This document shows, one piece after another, positions 60,801 to 64,000 of a stretch of 64,000 nt of DNA; position 1 is the stretch's first letter, and every line of letters begins with the position of its first letter. Under the pieces are notes generated by a model. The model saw only the letters and a list, made by a program, of their open reading frames with translations. It had not been told where the DNA came from and ran no database searches. The stretch comes from Macrostomum lignano (taxonomy: Eukaryota). The stretch spans positions 248,001 to 312,000 of the forward strand of contig NIVC01000911.1 in assembly GCA_002269645.1 (NCBI GenBank). The letters are read 5' to 3'. The translations under genes were made by a program, and so were the position numbers.

Positions 60801-63384
60801 AGGTGACTCTAGTGTCTAACAGGTGACTCTAGTGTCTAACAGGTGACTCTAGTGTCTAACAGGTGACTCTAGTGTCTAACAGGTGACTCTAGTGTCTAGC
60901 AGGTGACTCTACTCTCCAACCAAATGACTCTAGTATCGAACCAGACGACTCAGTCTCTAAAATGTGAATTTAATATCTAGACAGTTAACACTAGTGTCTA
61001 GCAGTTGATTCAAATATCTAACAGGTCACAAGTGTCTAATGTTTAATTGCCTGCCACCCGAACTTTCAACACCACTGCAGTCGGTTCATCTCGCCGAATA
61101 CTTTGAAGCCAAGATTCGGGCCGACTCGCGATTCGAAATGATCGCCGAACGAAACCTGGGTTTGGTGACGTTTCGACTGAAGGTTCGACTATTAATGATA
61201 CCTGAATGTCAAAGAAGTATTGGATAGAGTTTAGCTGGTATTAAGGCTAAAAGTGCATGTATCGTTGTACTTTATCACATCACTCTCGTCTAAATGAAGT
61301 TTCCTACTTGTGTTCGGGATCAGTTTAAACGATTGATTTCACTATTTAAACGATAAAGTGATATTTGCAGCTGGATTTTGCACAAAGCGCAGTCTGAGGC
61401 TGTTATTTATTAAAGTCAATCTGTTATCGTTTAAAGTCCTTCTGATCGTTCAAGGTCACTCTCTCATCGTTCAAAGTCACTCTCTTATCCTTCGAGGTCA
61501 GTCTCTTATCTTTCAAGGTCACTCTCTTATGCTCGTATCGCTCAAGGCCTGTCTCTTATCGTTCAAGGTCAGTCTCTTACGCTCTTATCGTTCAAGGTCA
61601 GTCTCTTACGCTCTTATCGTTCAAGGTCAGTCTCTTACGCTCTTATCGTTCAAGGTCAGTCTCTTACGCTCTTATCGTTCAAGGTCAGTCTCTTACGCTC
61701 TTATCGTTCAAGGTCAGTCTCTTACGCTCTTATCGTTCAAGGTCAGTCTCTTACGCTCTTATCGTTCAAGGTCAGTCTCTTACGCTCTTATCGTTCAAGG
61801 TCAGTCTCTTACGCTCTTATCGTTCAAGGTCAGTCTTTTACGCTCTTATCGTTCAAGGTCAGTCTCTTACGCTCTTATCGTTCAAGGTCAGTCTCTTACG
61901 CTCTTATCGTTCAAGGTCACTCTCTTATGATCTTATCATTAAAGGTCACGTTTTTATCAAATTCAAGGTCAGTGTCGTATTAAACGTATCGATCAATCGC
62001 ATCAAAACACAATAATGCCCGAAGCATCTACTTCTAGTAGCAATGTTAGATAAAAATACAACGATCCTCCTAGGGCGACAATGTGAACACAGAGACGCTA
62101 CTGAAGCGGGTGAACAAATCCGGCCAGATCCACATGGTCCCAGCCGCTTTGAAAGGCCGCTACATCATCCGTTACACGGTCACCTCGCCCATGACCACCG
62201 AAGCTGACTTGGACTTCGACTACTCCGTCATTAGCGACATCGCTGGTCGAGTTTTGGCCGACGTCGGGCGTGAGCAGCAGCTCCAGCAGCAGAAGCAGAA
62301 ACAGCTGCTACAACTGCAGCAACAGCAGCAACTGCAGTTGCCGCAGCAACCGATGCCACAGCAGCCGAGACGGCCACCAAAGAGAATCGGCGACTATCGA
62401 ATGTCTCTGTTGCTAAGCAACGTGACATCCCAGCCGAAGTTTGTCGACAGCTCGTTCGCCGCTCTTACTGACAGTCGAGAGTTGGCCAGGGTTGGTGGCT
62501 GGTCCATCCCTAATCCCATACCCCTAATCCCATATCTTCAATCCAATATCCCTGATCCCCATATACCATATCTCTAATCCCACATCTCAAATCCCATATC
62601 CCTGACCACATATCCCATATCCCTAATCCCATACCTCAAATCTCTAATTCGATATCCCATATACCTAATCCCGTATCTCCAATCCCATATCCCTAATCCC
62701 ATTTCTCTAATCCTATTTTCCTAATCCCATATCCCTAATCCCATATCTCCAATCCAATATCCCTAGTCCCATACCTCTGATCCTATAGCCTTTATATGGC
62801 GTTTTTTTCGTAATATCCCTGGTATCGTATCGATAATTCAAAAATCAATAACTTTATTTCGCACGTCGGCTGCTTAATCTCACAAGAAAGCGCATCCTGA
62901 ATCCCCAACTATCCAGGACTTCCGCAGCCAGCTGTCCGTGTGGGTGAGCAGTCGACCCTTGTCATTTTCCCCAATCGCCGGGGGTCGTTCGGCGGCCGCC
63001 GCCGCCGCCGCAGCGATGCGCGGTCAGAAAAGTCTCGACTTTGGCGGCGGTTGCCTGCCGCCGCAGTCGCAGAGCTCTTCGACGATGTCGTCTTGTCGGC
63101 GTTTAGTTCGACCTTCTCGTGGCCGTCTGAACTCGCTGGACTCCAAAGTCGACGGCCTGGTGGTGAGCAGCGTCAGCGAGGCGGACGGGGACGCGGAGGC
63201 TGCGGCGGCTGAGGAGGAAGAAGAAGATGAAGAGGAGAGCATCTGCGATGGCGAGGTGGATGAAGAAGACGACGGCGAGGACGCGGATGAAGGCGACAAA
63301 GAGGAAGCTGAGGATGACGCCAACGATTGTGATGAAAGAGGATCAGGATCTGTTGGAGATGACGCCAAGAAGTCCGGCTATTGA
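53696..63384 (+). CDS. HDC: Histidine decarboxylase (PLP-dependent group II decarboxylase), ~709 aa
   Basis: Exons 53696-53896, 54015-54251, 58439-58579, 59142-59352, 59657-59819, 59984-60074, 60153-60251, 61081-61182, 62074-62490, 62917-63384 (2130 nt). Motifs [32 protein letters not shown] and the PLP-lysine motif FNPSKW (HDC-type Ser rather than the NPHKW of DDC/TDC). The SLLLSN...SFAA C-terminal motif recalls insect Hdc. Confidence 0.92.
54290..57440. repeat. 27-bp minisatellite, ~116 units (GATTGTCACTCTCTCCTGTGATTGA[G/C]T)
   Basis: Fills most of HDC intron 2 and is the source of the spurious 1009-aa ORF. Confidence 0.98.
57780..58425. repeat. (AATC)n degenerate microsatellite
   Basis: Runs up to the exon 3 acceptor. 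Confidence 0.92.
58778..59031 (-). mobile_element. tRNA-derived CORE-like SINE (5'-truncated) in HDC intron 3
   Basis: Minus strand: B box GGTTCGATTCC, then GTGTCCTTGAGCAAGACACTTAACTC...CTGTAAAATGGG, resembling the MIR CORE domain. Shares its body with 25428-25656. Confidence 0.8.
60295..60910. repeat. 20-bp minisatellite (AGGTGACTCTAGTGTCTAAC)
   Basis: About 30 units in HDC intron 7. Confidence 0.95.
61440..61975. repeat. 29-bp minisatellite (GTTCAAGGTCAGTCTCTTACGCTCTTATC)
   Basis: About 13 perfect units from 61561 with degenerate flanks, in HDC intron 8. Confidence 0.95.
62500..62790. repeat. Degenerate 14-bp repeat (CCCATATCCCTAAT)
   Basis: Fills most of the last HDC intron. Confidence 0.8.
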
Positions 63385-64000
63385 AGGCCGATTATCGATA
63401 GTTTACAGGCTAGGGTTGGTTCAAATTTATTTTACAACTTTGAGAACATTTTCTAACGTCGATTTCTGGTTTGACTTCTGCAGAAATGATATTTTATTGA
63501 ATGGGATTGAATAATTTACTTCAAAGGTTTTATTGGTACTTTTATCAAGTGTTGGAAATTGATTTTAGACCAATAGCTGTATTTAAGTCCACTGTCTGCG
63601 ACCTATAAATTTAGCAATATGCAGTAGTATTTTTCAGTAGTATTTTAGTTTTTCTGCGCTTAAATGTTGCTACATGTATTTCAAATTAACTGATCCTTTG
63701 CTGTTGTATGTTAATGTATTACCTTAGCAAGCTGTGTGCACGCTGTACGCGTATTTATAATCGTAAATAATGTTTCCTATAATAGCTACGGCGGACTGTA
63801 TTTGCACGCCTCTTAGATTCTTAGATTTTTAGAACCTAGCCAAGAACGTTATAATTGTTTTTATTTCCTCTTTATTTGTTTTTGTGTACACTAAGAAAGC
63901 ACATTGGAGTATAATCTTAGATTGTCTCTATCCATCGGCATTGAAACACATCAGACAGAAAAAATTATAGCACTAACAATTTTTTGTTTTTTTTTGTTTA

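Noticed and set aside
53696-63384. Alternative identity as DOPA or tyrosine decarboxylase
   Set aside because: NPSKW, the HAYFPALNS motif and the C-terminal SLLLSN island favour HDC. A phylogeny would settle it.

Overview
Invertebrate metazoan genomic DNA with spliceosomal genes whose introns and spacers are packed with micro- and minisatellites. The species cannot be fixed from sequence. Most long ORFs in the supplied track are artefacts of tandem repeats. Manual exon assembly supports six protein-coding genes: (1) an intronless, signal-peptide-bearing cysteine-knot-like peptide (7016-7312, -); (2) a two-exon secreted PAN/Apple + F-type lectin (9228-9995, -); (3) a Rab11-FIP3/4/Nuf-like EF-hand coiled-coil protein (12121-28871, +); (4) a solitary replication-type histone H2B with its 3' stem-loop (32240-32605, -); (5) an NR4A/HR38 nuclear receptor (33651-45642, -); (6) histidine decarboxylase with a GC-AG intron (53696-63384, +). 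Mobile DNA includes a hAT-type MITE family carrying an internal satellite (one copy has a perfect 8-bp TSD), two CORE-like tRNA SINEs and a foldback-like element. The most unusual observation is a cluster of histone-mRNA stem-loop motifs in the sense strand of a late FIP intron. It sits just after an in-frame read-through stop, just before a putative cassette exon, and upstream of the Rab11-binding exon. All exon models are manual and unverified by RNA data or database search.
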